This document shows positions 41,088 through 51,893 of a stretch of 64,000 nt of DNA, one piece after another. The notes below the pieces were generated by a model, which was not told the DNA's origin, searched no databases, and saw nothing but the letters and a program-made list of their open reading frames with translations. This DNA comes from Candidatus Poribacteria bacterium (GTDB lineage: Bacteria; Poribacteria; WGA-4E; WGA-3G). A program made the position numbers and the translations under genes. Where the stretch lies: assembly GCA_964291315.2 (NCBI GenBank), contig OZ219753.1:192001-256000 (forward strand), given 5' to 3'. The first letter of the stretch is position 1. Each line of letters starts with the position of its first letter.

Positions 41088-41795
41088 ATGTGTGGACGCT
41101 TTACGCTTGCAAGCGACGCTGAAACCTTACAGCAAGCTTTCTTCGACTTTGATGTGCCGATGAACCTGTCTCCTCGCTACAACATCTCACCAACACAAGA
41201 TGTCGCTGTTATTGCGAATACGGAGACACATTCAGAAGATGGACATGTAGAATTCTTCCATTGGGGACTTGTTCCATCTTGGGCGAAGGAGCCGCAGATC
41301 GGAAACCGGATGATTAACGCACGTTCGGAAACGTTGGCGGAAAAACCGTCCTTTCGGAGCGCTTACAAACGCAGGCGATGTCTCATCTTGTCGGATGGCT
41401 ACTACGAGTGGCAAAAAATCTCTGGAGACAGGATCAAACAACCTGTCTATATCCGTCTTAGATCGCAAAAACCGTTCGTGTTTGCAGGACTCTGGGAGGC
41501 GTGGCACTCGAAAGGCATGGACCAACCACTGTGCTCTTGCACTATCATTACTTGTCCATCAAATGATCTGTTGGAGGAAATCCACCACAGGATGCCAGTG
41601 ATTCTGCCCCGAGATGCTTATGCAGAATGGCTGGCACCAGATGAACGCTCAACCGATGCACTTCAACCACTCCTCATCCCTTATCCTGGTGAAGAGATGG
41701 AAACGTATCCGGTGTCAACTTTTGTCAACCGTCCGATGCATGACTCTCCGCAATGTATTGCACCTTTTGAGGCTAACAATCCATCACTGTTTTAA
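41088..41795 (+). CDS. SOS response-associated peptidase (SRAP/YedK, abasic-site protection)
   Basis: MCGRF, RYNISP, WGLVP, INARSET, GYYEW, HHRMPV. Confidence 0.93.
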   Translation: MCGRFTLASDAETLQQAFFDFDVPMNLSPRYNISPTQDVAVIANTETHSEDGHVEFFHWGLVPSWAKEPQIGNRMINARSETLAEKPSFRSAYKRRRCLILSDGYYEWQKISGDRIKQPVYIRLRSQKPFVFAGLWEAWHSKGMDQPLCSCTIITCPSNDLLEEIHHRMPVILPRDAYAEWLAPDERSTDALQPLLIPYPGEEMETYPVSTFVNRPMHDSPQCIAPFEANNPSLF

Positions 41796-41871
41796 ATTTA
41801 AACAATGTTCCTGAGATCGGGTGATTTGGAGAACTGTAGGACAACTGGATACTCCAAATGGGAAGGGGATT

Positions 41872-42858
41872 ATGTCAAATCCGAGTAAAGATCAGATGCT
41901 CTTTATGTATCGCAAAATGGTAGAGATTCGTCAATTTGAAGAAGCAGCTGGAAAGCTTTATCAGAGTGGTCAGCTTCCGGGTTTCCTCCACCTCTATATC
42001 GGCGAAGAAGCTACAGCAGTCGGTGTTTGTGCACACTTGCGAGACAGTGATTACATCACGAGTACACACCGAGGTCACGGGCACTTGATTGCCAAGGGCG
42101 GCAAACGCGACCGAATGATGGCAGAATTGTTCGCTCGTACCACCGGCTACTGTAAAGGTAAAGGGGGGTCGATGCACATCGCCGATAAGGAGACCGGTAT
42201 TCTCGGTGCGAACGGTGTCGTTGGAGCAGGGATTCCGCTCGCAGCCGGTGCCGCACTCTCCGCCAAGCTCCGGGGCACAAAGCAGGTTGCAGCGTCTTTT
42301 TTTGGTGATGGCGCGACGAACCAAGGTGTGTTCCATGAAACGCTCAACCTCGCTGCCGTATGGGAATTGCCCGTCGTCTTCGTTTGTGAAAATAACCGAT
42401 TCGGTATGGGGACACCACAGCGGGAACATCAACGCGTAGAAGATATTGCTGCTGTCCGCGCACCCGCCTATGATATGCCGGGCGTTACTGTTGATGGAAA
42501 CGATGTGCTTAAAGTTTATGCAACAGCTGGCGAAGCTATTACACGTGCACGCGATGGAGGTGGACCAACGCTTCTTAACTGCGATACCTACCGATTCCGA
42601 GGACACCACATCGGGGATCCAGGCACTTCCTACCGAGACCGTGAAGAAGTACAAGAACAAGAACGCCAACGTGACCCTATTCGAAGGCTTGCTCAGGTTC
42701 TCATCGAAAAAGAGCGGATCACTCAAGAACAACTCTCGGCACTTGAGGAAGAACTTTCAAACGAACTTGACGAGGCACTTGAGTTCGCTAAAAGCAGTCC
42801 TGAGCCGCTGCCTGAAGATGCCTTGAACGATCTCTATGCCGGTTCTATTCAACCCTGA
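41872..42858 (+). CDS. TPP-dependent dehydrogenase E1 alpha subunit (pyruvate/acetoin type)
   Basis: HLYIGEEA, STHRGHGH, GKGGSMH, GDGA...ENN, TYRFRGH. Confidence 0.92.
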   Translation: MSNPSKDQMLFMYRKMVEIRQFEEAAGKLYQSGQLPGFLHLYIGEEATAVGVCAHLRDSDYITSTHRGHGHLIAKGGKRDRMMAELFARTTGYCKGKGGSMHIADKETGILGANGVVGAGIPLAAGAALSAKLRGTKQVAASFFGDGATNQGVFHETLNLAAVWELPVVFVCENNRFGMGTPQREHQRVEDIAAVRAPAYDMPGVTVDGNDVLKVYATAGEAITRARDGGGPTLLNCDTYRFRGHHIGDPGTSYRDREEVQEQERQRDPIRRLAQVLIEKERITQEQLSALEEELSNELDEALEFAKSSPEPLPEDALNDLYAGSIQP

Positions 42859-43109
42859 TGCAGAAACGCCAGAGAACAGGCTAGTCCGCTTTGCATATTC
42901 TTGGCAACGGTTTCTAAAGAACTAGATGGATTCACTGCTTTTTTAATCAAAACCTAAATTAACACAAGTTGGCTGGAAAAGGTATGCAACCTTGCTTTCC
43001 ACAAACCCAAAAAAAGCGTTTTGTGGCATCGTGTGCAGTCTCGTGCGTTTTCTCTGGGTGTTGTGCGGGTGTCTTCTTTGACACTCTTGTTTGATGCCGG
43101 GGTTGACGG

Positions 43110-43511
43110 TGCGGCATAGTCGGCTGTCACAACTTCAATATAAGTGCGTGATTGTCCTCCCGGTCTACTTGTAATGAGAGCTTGATGTCGATCATTTTTC
43201 GGTAAAACAAAGAGAATATCCGGACATTCTGCCTCAATCGCCTGCACATCAGAACGTGTGTAACGTTCGGTCGTGAGTCTCACGAATCGACCGCGTTTCC
43301 AAATAGAGTGGCGCGTCCTAAAATGAACTGGGTTAGGACCTCCAAGTTTCTCAAGGTCTTTTTCTATGAGAAACTTCGCTCCATCGCCAATTGCAACCAT
43401 GCATAGAACACTCGCAATACCGATGAAGATACCGAGGATAGAGAGAACTGCCCGCAATCGGTTTTCAATGAGGTGTCTGAAACCGGCATGTATTGCATCT
43501 TGAAGTTTCAT
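43110..43511 (-). pseudogene. 5' fragment of a MacB-like ABC permease
   Basis: NRLRAVLSILGIFIGIASV..MVAIGDG start; resemblance ends near VTADYA with no C-terminal FtsX TM domain. Confidence 0.8.
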
Positions 43512-43512
43512 G

Positions 43513-45479
43513 TTATAGATACGGTTTCATATCCCAGAGCAGGATCGTCCCATCAAAACTGCCACTCGCCAAAAGCGTGCCATCCGGGGAAAAGGCAAGA
43601 TCCTGAACATCGGTAGGGTGTCCCCAAAAGGTTACGATATTCTCACCACTGACAACATCCCATAAACGGATGGAGACTTTCTCGGTGCCTTGCCACCAAG
43701 AACCGGATGCAAGATACCGCCCACACGGTGAAAACGCTAACGCAAATGGATAATAACATCCGAGTGGTGGAAGTATGGACATCGAAATGTCATAAGTTTT
43801 GCATCCCACAAGCGGATCTCTCGATGGAGCCCACCTGCGATGATATTGCCACAAGGTGAAAAAGCGAGCGTCTGAATCTGGATAGAACGCTGTTTTGGCA
43901 CAGTTTTGGAACAGGAGTTACTCCGTCTTTGAATTTCACCAGCATCTCCTTTATACAAGGAAGTGTCTAAAAGTGGTGTTAAGCACAGCAAAGCAATCTC
44001 TCTGCCTGACACAACATCCCACACACGGGCTGTTTTATCTCTTGAAGCACTTGCAAGTCGATTTTCATTAGGAGAGAACACCAAGGCCTCAATGAACTCA
44101 GTATGCCCAATAAGGACTGCCCGTTTTCCCCGATAATCCCATACGTACATTTTCCCTTCTATATCCGCACTTGCCCAGAGTCCACTTGTAGGTGCAAACG
44201 CAGTTCTCTTTACATACTCATCTTGTTCGGCAAGCGTGGCAATCGTTTCGTTGGTTTCAACATTCCACACACACATTGTGTTTTTCTGGGTGCCCAGCGC
44301 GTGAATGCTACCATCTGGGGAAATGGAGATGGAATGGATGCAGGTTTGGGCACGGCGGATATGCCGCGGTTGTTCCTTGGCGACATCCCAACAGGTGGCA
44401 AGTCCGGAACCGGCACTTATAAGCTTTTCTCCATCGGCGGAGAACGTCAGGGAAAACGGTAAGTGTGTGTGCCCAGGAATAGAAGATACTCGATGAATGT
44501 TATCCGCAGTCCATACTTTGAAATCAAAAGCACTTGCAACCGCCAGATGGGTACCCCTTGAAAAGCACATCGCACGGATGGTGTCCCGATGTTCAAACGT
44601 CTTCAGTTTTTTACCTTTTTCGACATCCCACACGGTGATTGTGGTCGCATTAACACCAGCCGCATGCAGTTCTCCTGACGCGGTGTAAGAGGGGATCACT
44701 CTATACTTTTGCGCGTATTCAGAGGAGGCCCACACTTGCCCTTCAGTGGCGATATCCCATACGCGTAAAATGCCAGACTTGTCCCCGGAGGCGAGTAACC
44801 GCCCACAAGGTGAAAAGGAGAGGGCATACACCTGGGTCGTATGCCCTCTGAAACAGGCAACGCGCTCACCAGTACTCACATTCCAGACAGAAATCAAATC
44901 AGCATGAGGGGTGGCACCAGGGCTTACACATGCCAAAAGGCAATCATTCGGGGAAAAAGTCAGGGGGATAGCGGGCCTATAGCTGCGATAAGCGGTATTG
45001 TCTGTGAATCGGGTAACTTCTTCACCTGTTTTTGAGTGCCAAATGAAAACAACCGCCTCTCGTTGACAGGATGCTGCAAGCAGAACGCCCCCTCGCGAAA
45101 AGGCGATCTGGGAAATCTTCTGTGGTTTCCGCGGCTGCTCCATCTCACTGATACAGACACAACCCTTCACATCCCACACCTTTACAATACCATCCCAGTT
45201 GCCAGTAGCGAGCCATCTTCCACATGTTGAAAAATCAACAGCAGAAACTAGCCCCCGCTCCGTCTCCCACAAATCCACCGGAGACATTGTAGCTAATTTA
45301 TACCACCAGAGTCCAAGGCGAGTGCATAAAATCAGATGTGAACCATCTGGCGAAAAGGTTATGGCTTGGACCCATCCCCTTCCCAATCGGGAGATTGCTC
45401 CTTTGGGGAGGTCCCATTTGGTGATGTCCGTGTAGGTACGGGAGCCTTGAATAGAAATAGGCGGAATTCTGCTGCTCAT
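43513..45479 (-). pseudogene. WD40-repeat protein split by a single-base frameshift
   Basis: Repeated FSP.G..LASG...I.LWD units; frames join at 43797-43800 if one A is added (EIRLWDA-KTYDIS). Confidence 0.85.
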
Positions 45480-45609
45480 CAAATCACTCCTATAAACAAG
45501 GTTTGGACACATTAAGGGAAATGTGTCACGAATTGGCCAAACTTTTATCCTATGAGTAAACGAAATTGAAACGGCTTGCCAAATACGTTACTCCTTTGCC
45601 TCGTTTGAA

Positions 45610-46050
45610 TTACTCTGATCTGGTATTCTGTGGTTCACAACCGCCGGAGCAGTCATAGGAATTACATTGGGCGACACAAATGCAATCTGAAACACATTTA
45701 TCTGGAGGGCACTTCTTGACAGTACAGTCATTTGGGTCACAACTTGTGCTGCCGCAGCCGTGACTAATTCCGAGACACTCACACGGATCCTCTTCTGATA
45801 CACTGATAGAGGCATCAGTTCCAACACTTGGAACATCAGTTTCTTCACTGCCACAGCAGCTTCCTGTTTGCACAACAGCTATATCTGAAGAAACAGCATT
45901 CGCGTCTCTCACACAGCAGTTCCGCTTTTGAGTCTCGGTGTTTGCAACAAAGCTGTCATACGTACCCGCGAAAACGAGTCCTCCGACAAAAAGTAGAGCG
46001 ATTAAAACTTGCTAGAGAACATTCGGTTTGTTCAAAAATTTGCTCAACAT
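45610..46050 (-). pseudogene. exported Cys-rich protein (16 Cys) with in-frame TAG at codon 13
   Basis: AAGGAG + ATG 46050; MLSKFLNKPNVL*QVLIALLFVGGLVFAG... continues in frame into ORF 45610-45912. Confidence 0.7.
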
Positions 46051-46380
46051 TACTGTTAAATCTCCTTAATTGTTTTCGGCTTTTATTGGATCCACCAGGC
46101 ACAAGCATGCCGGGGGACAATTCTTGATAGTCTACAGAGGATTGCTTTCGGAAGGCAAAGTGAAAGCAGCTTGGCCTTAGTTGGGAATCCCCTGGTCATT
46201 GTAAAAGGTGCTAACCGAAACAATTCACAAAACGCGCAGCGTTTATGATATACTTCCGGTGAGCACGACCCACCTCGGGTTATGGTAGGGCTCTCCGCGT
46301 CGAGGGGCGCTTTCACCCCCTCGACGCATCTGAAAATCTTTGAGAAACTGCCCATTCCAAAACGATTTGATTAACATTGA
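46051..46380 (-). ncRNA. putative large structured 5' leader RNA, copy B
   Basis: 11-bp stem 46297-46327 and further stems; co-linear similarity with 9160-9450. Confidence 0.6.
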
Positions 46381-46432
46381 AAAAATCTCCAAGAAAAAAA
46401 ACAACGCTGCTCTTTGCATCACTATAATTATA

Positions 46433-46460
46433 CACAAATACACGTTCACAAATACACGTT
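46433..46460. repeat. perfect 14-bp tandem repeat in promoter region
   Basis: CACAAATACACGTT x2, adjacent to a minus-strand TATAAT at 46427-46432. Confidence 0.8.
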
Positions 46461-47062
46461 TTTTGTAAAGAAAATTTGTAATAAAATATGATTTTCACCC
46501 AGATTTAGATAAATATTAGCATATTTATGGAAATATCTCACTGAAAAATGGAAACAAATAGGTACTTATGTTAAAATCTATTTGGTCATCTGAAAGAAAC
46601 GCGATGCGATGGAATGCGCTTATTATCCCCCCGGTGTGGCATCCACGAAGGAGATATCACTACACAGTCTGAGGCTTGCAGAGCGGGCTTCCTGCAACAG
46701 CCCCAAGGGTTCTTGTTGCAACTGCACGAAACGCGCGTAACTCACAAGCCATGGAAACGACGCAGCCCTGTAGACACAGGCGTGCCGAAATAAAAGTGAT
46801 TGCAGGGGCGATTCCGGCTGTAATGACAGGCGATTCAGATCGTCAGAACTTCCCTCGGATGTAGCCCCGGCGGCCGCGTCTCTCTGCTGAGAGTTGCTTT
46901 CTCTGATATGCAAGAAAACAGTAGTCCATTTTGCAGAAGAGTGATACAATACGCATCGGAAAACTCCTTTGGGTCGAGATATAATACGCTTATTTTATCA
47001 AAGCGGTTCTCTTCAGAGAAAGAAAACAGTCAAATATTTATTAAACTCACGTTAAACTATTC

Positions 47063-48994
47063 ATGAGAGAAGATGAACTTCCGAAATCGCACGGTGTCAC
47101 ATGGAAATCTATTGCTATTACACTCGTGTTGATTCCGTTTAATTTCTATTGGATCATCGCTGGCGAAGTCGGACTCGTCGGTTACGCGTTGAATACGTAT
47201 GCGGTGCCTTTTTATAACGTTGTCTTCGTTGTATTTGCTTTTACCCTCCTCAATCTCGCGCTTCGCCGCCGCTTATTCACCGATGCGGAACTCCTTACAA
47301 TATATATACTGCTCAGCACAGCTTGCACGTTCCCTTCTATTACGTTGATGACGATCCTCGTCACGACTGTGGGGCATGCTTTCTGGTTTGCTACTCCGGA
47401 AAATGAGTGGAGGCAGCTCTTCTGGGATTACCTTCCGAGGTGGCTTCTTGTGGACGATCCTAAGGTATTGTGGGGATACTATAAAGGAGAATCCAATCTT
47501 TCTACACTAGACATCATCGGCGCATGGTTAGTTCCGGCGTTGTCTTGGGTAGGTTTCATGACGGTTATAGTTCTCATGATGTTATGTATCAACGTCATCT
47601 TACGAAAGCAGTGGGTCGAACGAGAACGCCTCGCGTATCCCATCACACAGATAGCGTTCTATCTTACCCATAACACAAAATCCCTGTTTGCGAGCCGGGT
47701 CACATGGGTGGGTTTTGGCGTTGCAGCGGGCATTGCGATTCTCAACGGCTTCAGTTTTCTGTATCCAACCCTCCCTACTTTGCCTATTAAGCGTATCGGG
47801 GGTTGGCATGGTTTTGGACATCTGTTCACCGAAAAACCGTGGAATGCTATCGGGGCGATCAGTATGTCCTATTACCCCTTTGTCATCGGCCTTGGGCTTT
47901 TGATGCCGTTAGACCTCTCTTTCTCGAGCTGGTTCTTCTTTATCTTCTATAAGGCACAATTGGTGCTTACAAGTGCAGCTGGACTTTCTAGCCTGCCCGG
48001 ATTTCCGTATATTGATAGACAATGTTTTGGGGCAGCTATCGGGATTTTTATCTTTGTGTTTGGGCTGAACCTGCGCCATTTCCGCGGAGTCCTCCGGATT
48101 GTCTATCGCGGCACAGGGGAAGATTCTGACGAGCCTATTCCGTATGGGCTGGCATTGTATGGTATCGTTGGGGGACTCATTATACTCTTTATTTTCTCTA
48201 AGCGGATCGGTATGTCGCTCTGGTTAATTCCACTGTTTTTCGCGATCTACTTTATCATTGTCTTAGTACTAACACGCATGCGCGCCGAACAAGGGTTTCC
48301 TGTGCATGCAATGGAAAATATGCCGAACCATCAGATCCTCGTTGACGCTTTTGGGACACGGATGTTGGGCACAAACAACCTTGTAGCCTTGACGCTCTAT
48401 CGTTGGTTCAACCGCAGTTACACAAGCAATCCGATGCCACATCAGTTAGAAGGTTTTAAGCTCTCGGAACGTTCTAGCATCGCACCGAGGCGACTGTTTC
48501 TTGCATTATTAGGGGTTTCCGCATTTGCTGCTGTGATGGTATTTGCCGTTATCCTCTACCTTTTTTACACGTATGGTGCGTTAAACATGAGTGGTGGCAG
48601 CAGCTGGTCAACCGGTTTTGGTGGGCGTGTCTTCAACGGACTTCAACGTTGGTTCTATTACCCCACAGAACCCAATTTTTATGCCACCGGCGGTATCGTA
48701 TTCGGTTTACTCTTTTCAACGTTCTTAATGTTCATGCGAGCACGTTTTTTTTGGTGGCCCTTTCATCCGATTGGGTTCGTCGTTTCAAGCGATTGGGGTA
48801 TGCGGTATTTATGGAGTTGTATGCTCGTAAGCTCAATTATCAAATGGAGTGTTTTGAAGATGGGTGGATCGCGCTCATCACAGCAATTGGTGATGTTCGC
48901 GATCGGTTTGATGTTAGGTGATTTTACGGTGGGCGGTCTCTGGAGCCTTGTAAGTGTGGTGACGCAGCGACCGATGTACAATTTTTGGCCATAG
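47063..48994 (+). CDS. polytopic membrane protein, putative peptide transporter (DUF6785/DUF6784-like)
   Basis: ELLTIY, RKQWVERERLAYP, GLLMPLDLSFS.WFF, RMRAE.G.P, WWPFHPIG. Confidence 0.8.
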   Translation: MREDELPKSHGVTWKSIAITLVLIPFNFYWIIAGEVGLVGYALNTYAVPFYNVVFVVFAFTLLNLALRRRLFTDAELLTIYILLSTACTFPSITLMTILVTTVGHAFWFATPENEWRQLFWDYLPRWLLVDDPKVLWGYYKGESNLSTLDIIGAWLVPALSWVGFMTVIVLMMLCINVILRKQWVERERLAYPITQIAFYLTHNTKSLFASRVTWVGFGVAAGIAILNGFSFLYPTLPTLPIKRIGGWHGFGHLFTEKPWNAIGAISMSYYPFVIGLGLLMPLDLSFSSWFFFIFYKAQLVLTSAAGLSSLPGFPYIDRQCFGAAIGIFIFVFGLNLRHFRGVLRIVYRGTGEDSDEPIPYGLALYGIVGGLIILFIFSKRIGMSLWLIPLFFAIYFIIVLVLTRMRAEQGFPVHAMENMPNHQILVDAFGTRMLGTNNLVALTLYRWFNRSYTSNPMPHQLEGFKLSERSSIAPRRLFLALLGVSAFAAVMVFAVILYLFYTYGALNMSGGSSWSTGFGGRVFNGLQRWFYYPTEPNFYATGGIVFGLLFSTFLMFMRARFFWWPFHPIGFVVSSDWGMRYLWSCMLVSSIIKWSVLKMGGSRSSQQLVMFAIGLMLGDFTVGGLWSLVSVVTQRPMYNFWP

Positions 48995-49261
48995 AACGGA
49001 GGACGAGAATGCGTATTCGTCTAATTTTAAGGGTTTTAGTTTGAGGGATTGTTAAAGATGTGCTACAATAAAAATATCATAAAATTAAATCCCTATTTCT
49101 TAAAGGTGTCATCAAAAGAGAATCAATTGGCAAATTCCGTTTTCTTACCTTCCTATAGGAGCGTGTTGGCCAAATACTTGTTAATTTTTACCTTGTCATG
49201 CTATCCTATTCTCTAACGGAAATAAGATATGGTGCACCGCGATCACCTAAAAAACAGAAAA

Positions 49262-50419
49262 ATGGCTGAACAAACCCTGCTCCAACAGATTATAGACTTC
49301 TGCTCCTTGCTCCGACAGGTTGGAGTCAACGTAACGACAACCAATCAGCTCAGCTGGTGCCGGAGTGTTCAACTTATAGCCATCGGTGAGCGCGAGATAT
49401 TTTATCATACAGCGCTGACAAACCTCATCTCTAAAGACACCGATAGAGAGGTGTTCGATATTGCCTTCAATCTGTTTTGGTGCCATCCACGTGCCGAGTT
49501 TCAAACTGTTGATGCAGAGATAAAAAATGCTGAACCCTCTAGTCTCCAAGACCTCTCTGATGTAAGTGGAGAGCAGAACCACTTGGAAAAGTGGGTGGAT
49601 TTCGATACAGAGGGTGACGAGGAAGGAAGGCAAAACGATCTAGTCGCTTACAGTGCGGAAGAAGTGCTGGCTCGAAAAGATTTTAGCGAGTTTACAACAC
49701 AAGACATGGAAAAAGCGAGAGAGATTATCGCGAAATTAGCAGCACTACTTGCGACAAAACTGAGTCGCCGAAAGGTTTTGGGCAAGAAAGGTAAAACCAT
49801 CGACTTCCGGCGGAGTTGGCGCAAGAGTCTCTCACACGGGGGCGAACCGATCGAACTAATCCGGAAACAGCAAAAAATTAAGAAAACAAAAATATTGCTT
49901 ATCTGTGACGTAAGCGGATCAATGGAGTGTTACGCAAAATTCCTCATCCAATTTATATATGGTATGCAGAAAGAATTGAGGGAAGTGGATGTTGCCGTTT
50001 TTAGTACACATATGACCAATATTACTGGACTCCTCCGCAGCAGAGGGGTAAGGGAAGGCTTAAATGAAGTCGCAAATGTCGTACCGGACTGGTCGGGCGG
50101 GACAAAGATAGGAGAAAGTTTGCTGGAATGCTATCGGCAATTCTCCACCTCTTTCTCGACGTACCGTTCAGTGGTCCTCCTCATTAGCGACGGCTGGGAT
50201 CGAGGTGAAGCGGGAGTGCTCCGGCACGCGATGGAAATGTTACATCGGCATGCCTATCGGTTAATCTGGCTCAATCCGTTGCTTGGTAGCGACAGCTACC
50301 AGCCAATTTGTCGGGGCATTCGCACAGCTTTGCCCTACATTGATTATTTTCTGCCGGCTCACAATTTGGAAAGTCTGGAGGAATTGACAAAGCTATTGAT
50401 TCCACTTTGGGTACAATAA
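49262..50419 (+). CDS. CoxE-like VWA domain protein
   Basis: IDFRRS.R, CDVSGSM, WSGGTKIG, ISDGWD, IWLNPL. Confidence 0.88.
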   Translation: MAEQTLLQQIIDFCSLLRQVGVNVTTTNQLSWCRSVQLIAIGEREIFYHTALTNLISKDTDREVFDIAFNLFWCHPRAEFQTVDAEIKNAEPSSLQDLSDVSGEQNHLEKWVDFDTEGDEEGRQNDLVAYSAEEVLARKDFSEFTTQDMEKAREIIAKLAALLATKLSRRKVLGKKGKTIDFRRSWRKSLSHGGEPIELIRKQQKIKKTKILLICDVSGSMECYAKFLIQFIYGMQKELREVDVAVFSTHMTNITGLLRSRGVREGLNEVANVVPDWSGGTKIGESLLECYRQFSTSFSTYRSVVLLISDGWDRGEAGVLRHAMEMLHRHAYRLIWLNPLLGSDSYQPICRGIRTALPYIDYFLPAHNLESLEELTKLLIPLWVQ

Positions 50420-50470
50420 GATGAAGAACTCGCAAGATAATTTCAAATAAGAAAACGAGGAACACTAACT

Positions 50471-51595
50471 ATGCAAGTTCAAGCGGCAGTGATGCTCCAA
50501 CCGGGACAGATAGAAATCCGAGAATTTGAGAAACCGACACCTACAGAGGATGCCCTTCTGTTACAGGTGGATAGAGTCGGTATATGTGGCAGTGATAAGC
50601 ACATGTATCTTGGCCACACTGCTCTGAAATTTCCGGTTATTCCAGGCCATGAAGTGGTTGGGACAGTGGCTGATATCGGCAAAGATGCGAATCGGATGAT
50701 GAACGTAATAGGCGGTCCCATCAAAGCAGGCGATCGCGTAACCGTAGTACCCGGTTCAAAAAACTGTGGCAGATGCTACTATTGTCTGCATGTACCTGGC
50801 CGCCCGACGCTCTGTTCTGGAAGAACAATCTACGGCTTTAGTAACAGTGAAACCCCTCCGTATCTAAATGGCGATTTTTCCGAGTATACCTACATTCACG
50901 GTAATTCTTGGGTTTATAAGATGCCAGAAAATATTCCTCAGGAAATTCAGGTGTTGACAGAGCCTGGGGCGGTAGCGACACGTGCGGTTGAACGCGCTTG
51001 TGCACCCGGGATGCCACAAATTGGGAATGGATACAGCATTGGAAGTCGGGTTGCAGTGCTCGGGTGCGGACCGATCGGTCTGCTTGTTGTTGCAGTGCTA
51101 CGGGACAGCGGGGCTGGTACTATCATCGTCACTGATCTCCTCGAAAGTCGATTGGAGATGGCAAAACAGATGGGGGCAGATGTCGTTATCAATGTCGGAG
51201 AAACAACGCTTGAAGAACGAGTCGCGCAAATTCATGACCTCACAAACGGAGTCGGTGTGGACATCGCAATTGAGTGTGCGGGGTTGCCTATGGTCTTCTC
51301 TGAGGCATTGGAGACCGTGCGACGCGGCGGGAAAGTTATTGAAGTCGGACACTATACAGATTCCGGGGATACACGAGTGCGTCCGCATCAAATTTGCAAT
51401 AAGGACCTCGATGTCTGCGGGGTGTGGGCATACCCGCAGATTCAATTTCAGACGGCGTTAGACTTCCTCCAGATAACTCGCTCCCCGCTGCACAAGTTGA
51501 TAACACATCATTTGCCCCTGTACCAATTAGAGAAAGGCATCGACATGCTCGGACAAGAAGGAGTGTATAAAGTTGTGATTGAACCACAACTGTAG
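50471..51595 (+). CDS. zinc-binding alcohol dehydrogenase family protein
   Basis: GICGSD, GHE, CGRCYYC...C, GCGPIG. Confidence 0.92.
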   Translation: MQVQAAVMLQPGQIEIREFEKPTPTEDALLLQVDRVGICGSDKHMYLGHTALKFPVIPGHEVVGTVADIGKDANRMMNVIGGPIKAGDRVTVVPGSKNCGRCYYCLHVPGRPTLCSGRTIYGFSNSETPPYLNGDFSEYTYIHGNSWVYKMPENIPQEIQVLTEPGAVATRAVERACAPGMPQIGNGYSIGSRVAVLGCGPIGLLVVAVLRDSGAGTIIVTDLLESRLEMAKQMGADVVINVGETTLEERVAQIHDLTNGVGVDIAIECAGLPMVFSEALETVRRGGKVIEVGHYTDSGDTRVRPHQICNKDLDVCGVWAYPQIQFQTALDFLQITRSPLHKLITHHLPLYQLEKGIDMLGQEGVYKVVIEPQL

Positions 51596-51893
51596 CACAA
51601 AGCTAACACTTTGGTAGATGGAATAGGCTGCGTTTTGCAGAGGATCTGCCGGTGTATGAGCCCGTTTAAAATTCATTATAAAATTAACGTGAGTTTGAAA
51701 AAAGACTGAGCAGGTTCTTTTGTAGCGGAACATGTTCGCTTCCTCTGCAAACGACTTGTAGCATAGACTGTCCGTCTTTGCATCCGCAACACTTGCAGCT
51801 AAAACGGATCGGTTTTGCAAGGTTCTCTTTATCCAAATATGAACTCAATAATTATCAAGCTTGCATTAAGATTAGATATGAGGTCAAAGAAAC

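Noticed and set aside
41875-42732. 285-aa antisense ORF over the E1-alpha gene (and 5616-6344 within tricorn)
   Set aside because: Shadow ORFs of well-supported genes, with no motifs.
46012-46014. Pyrrolysine or genome-wide TAG recoding
   Set aside because: TAG is a normal stop in many genes here (nagB, guaA, moeB); the site lies in a signal region where a Trp-to-stop mutation is simpler.
46083-46355. 90-aa minus-strand ORF as a possible leader peptide
   Set aside because: Coincides with the RNA stems, and no equivalent ORF is listed for copy A.
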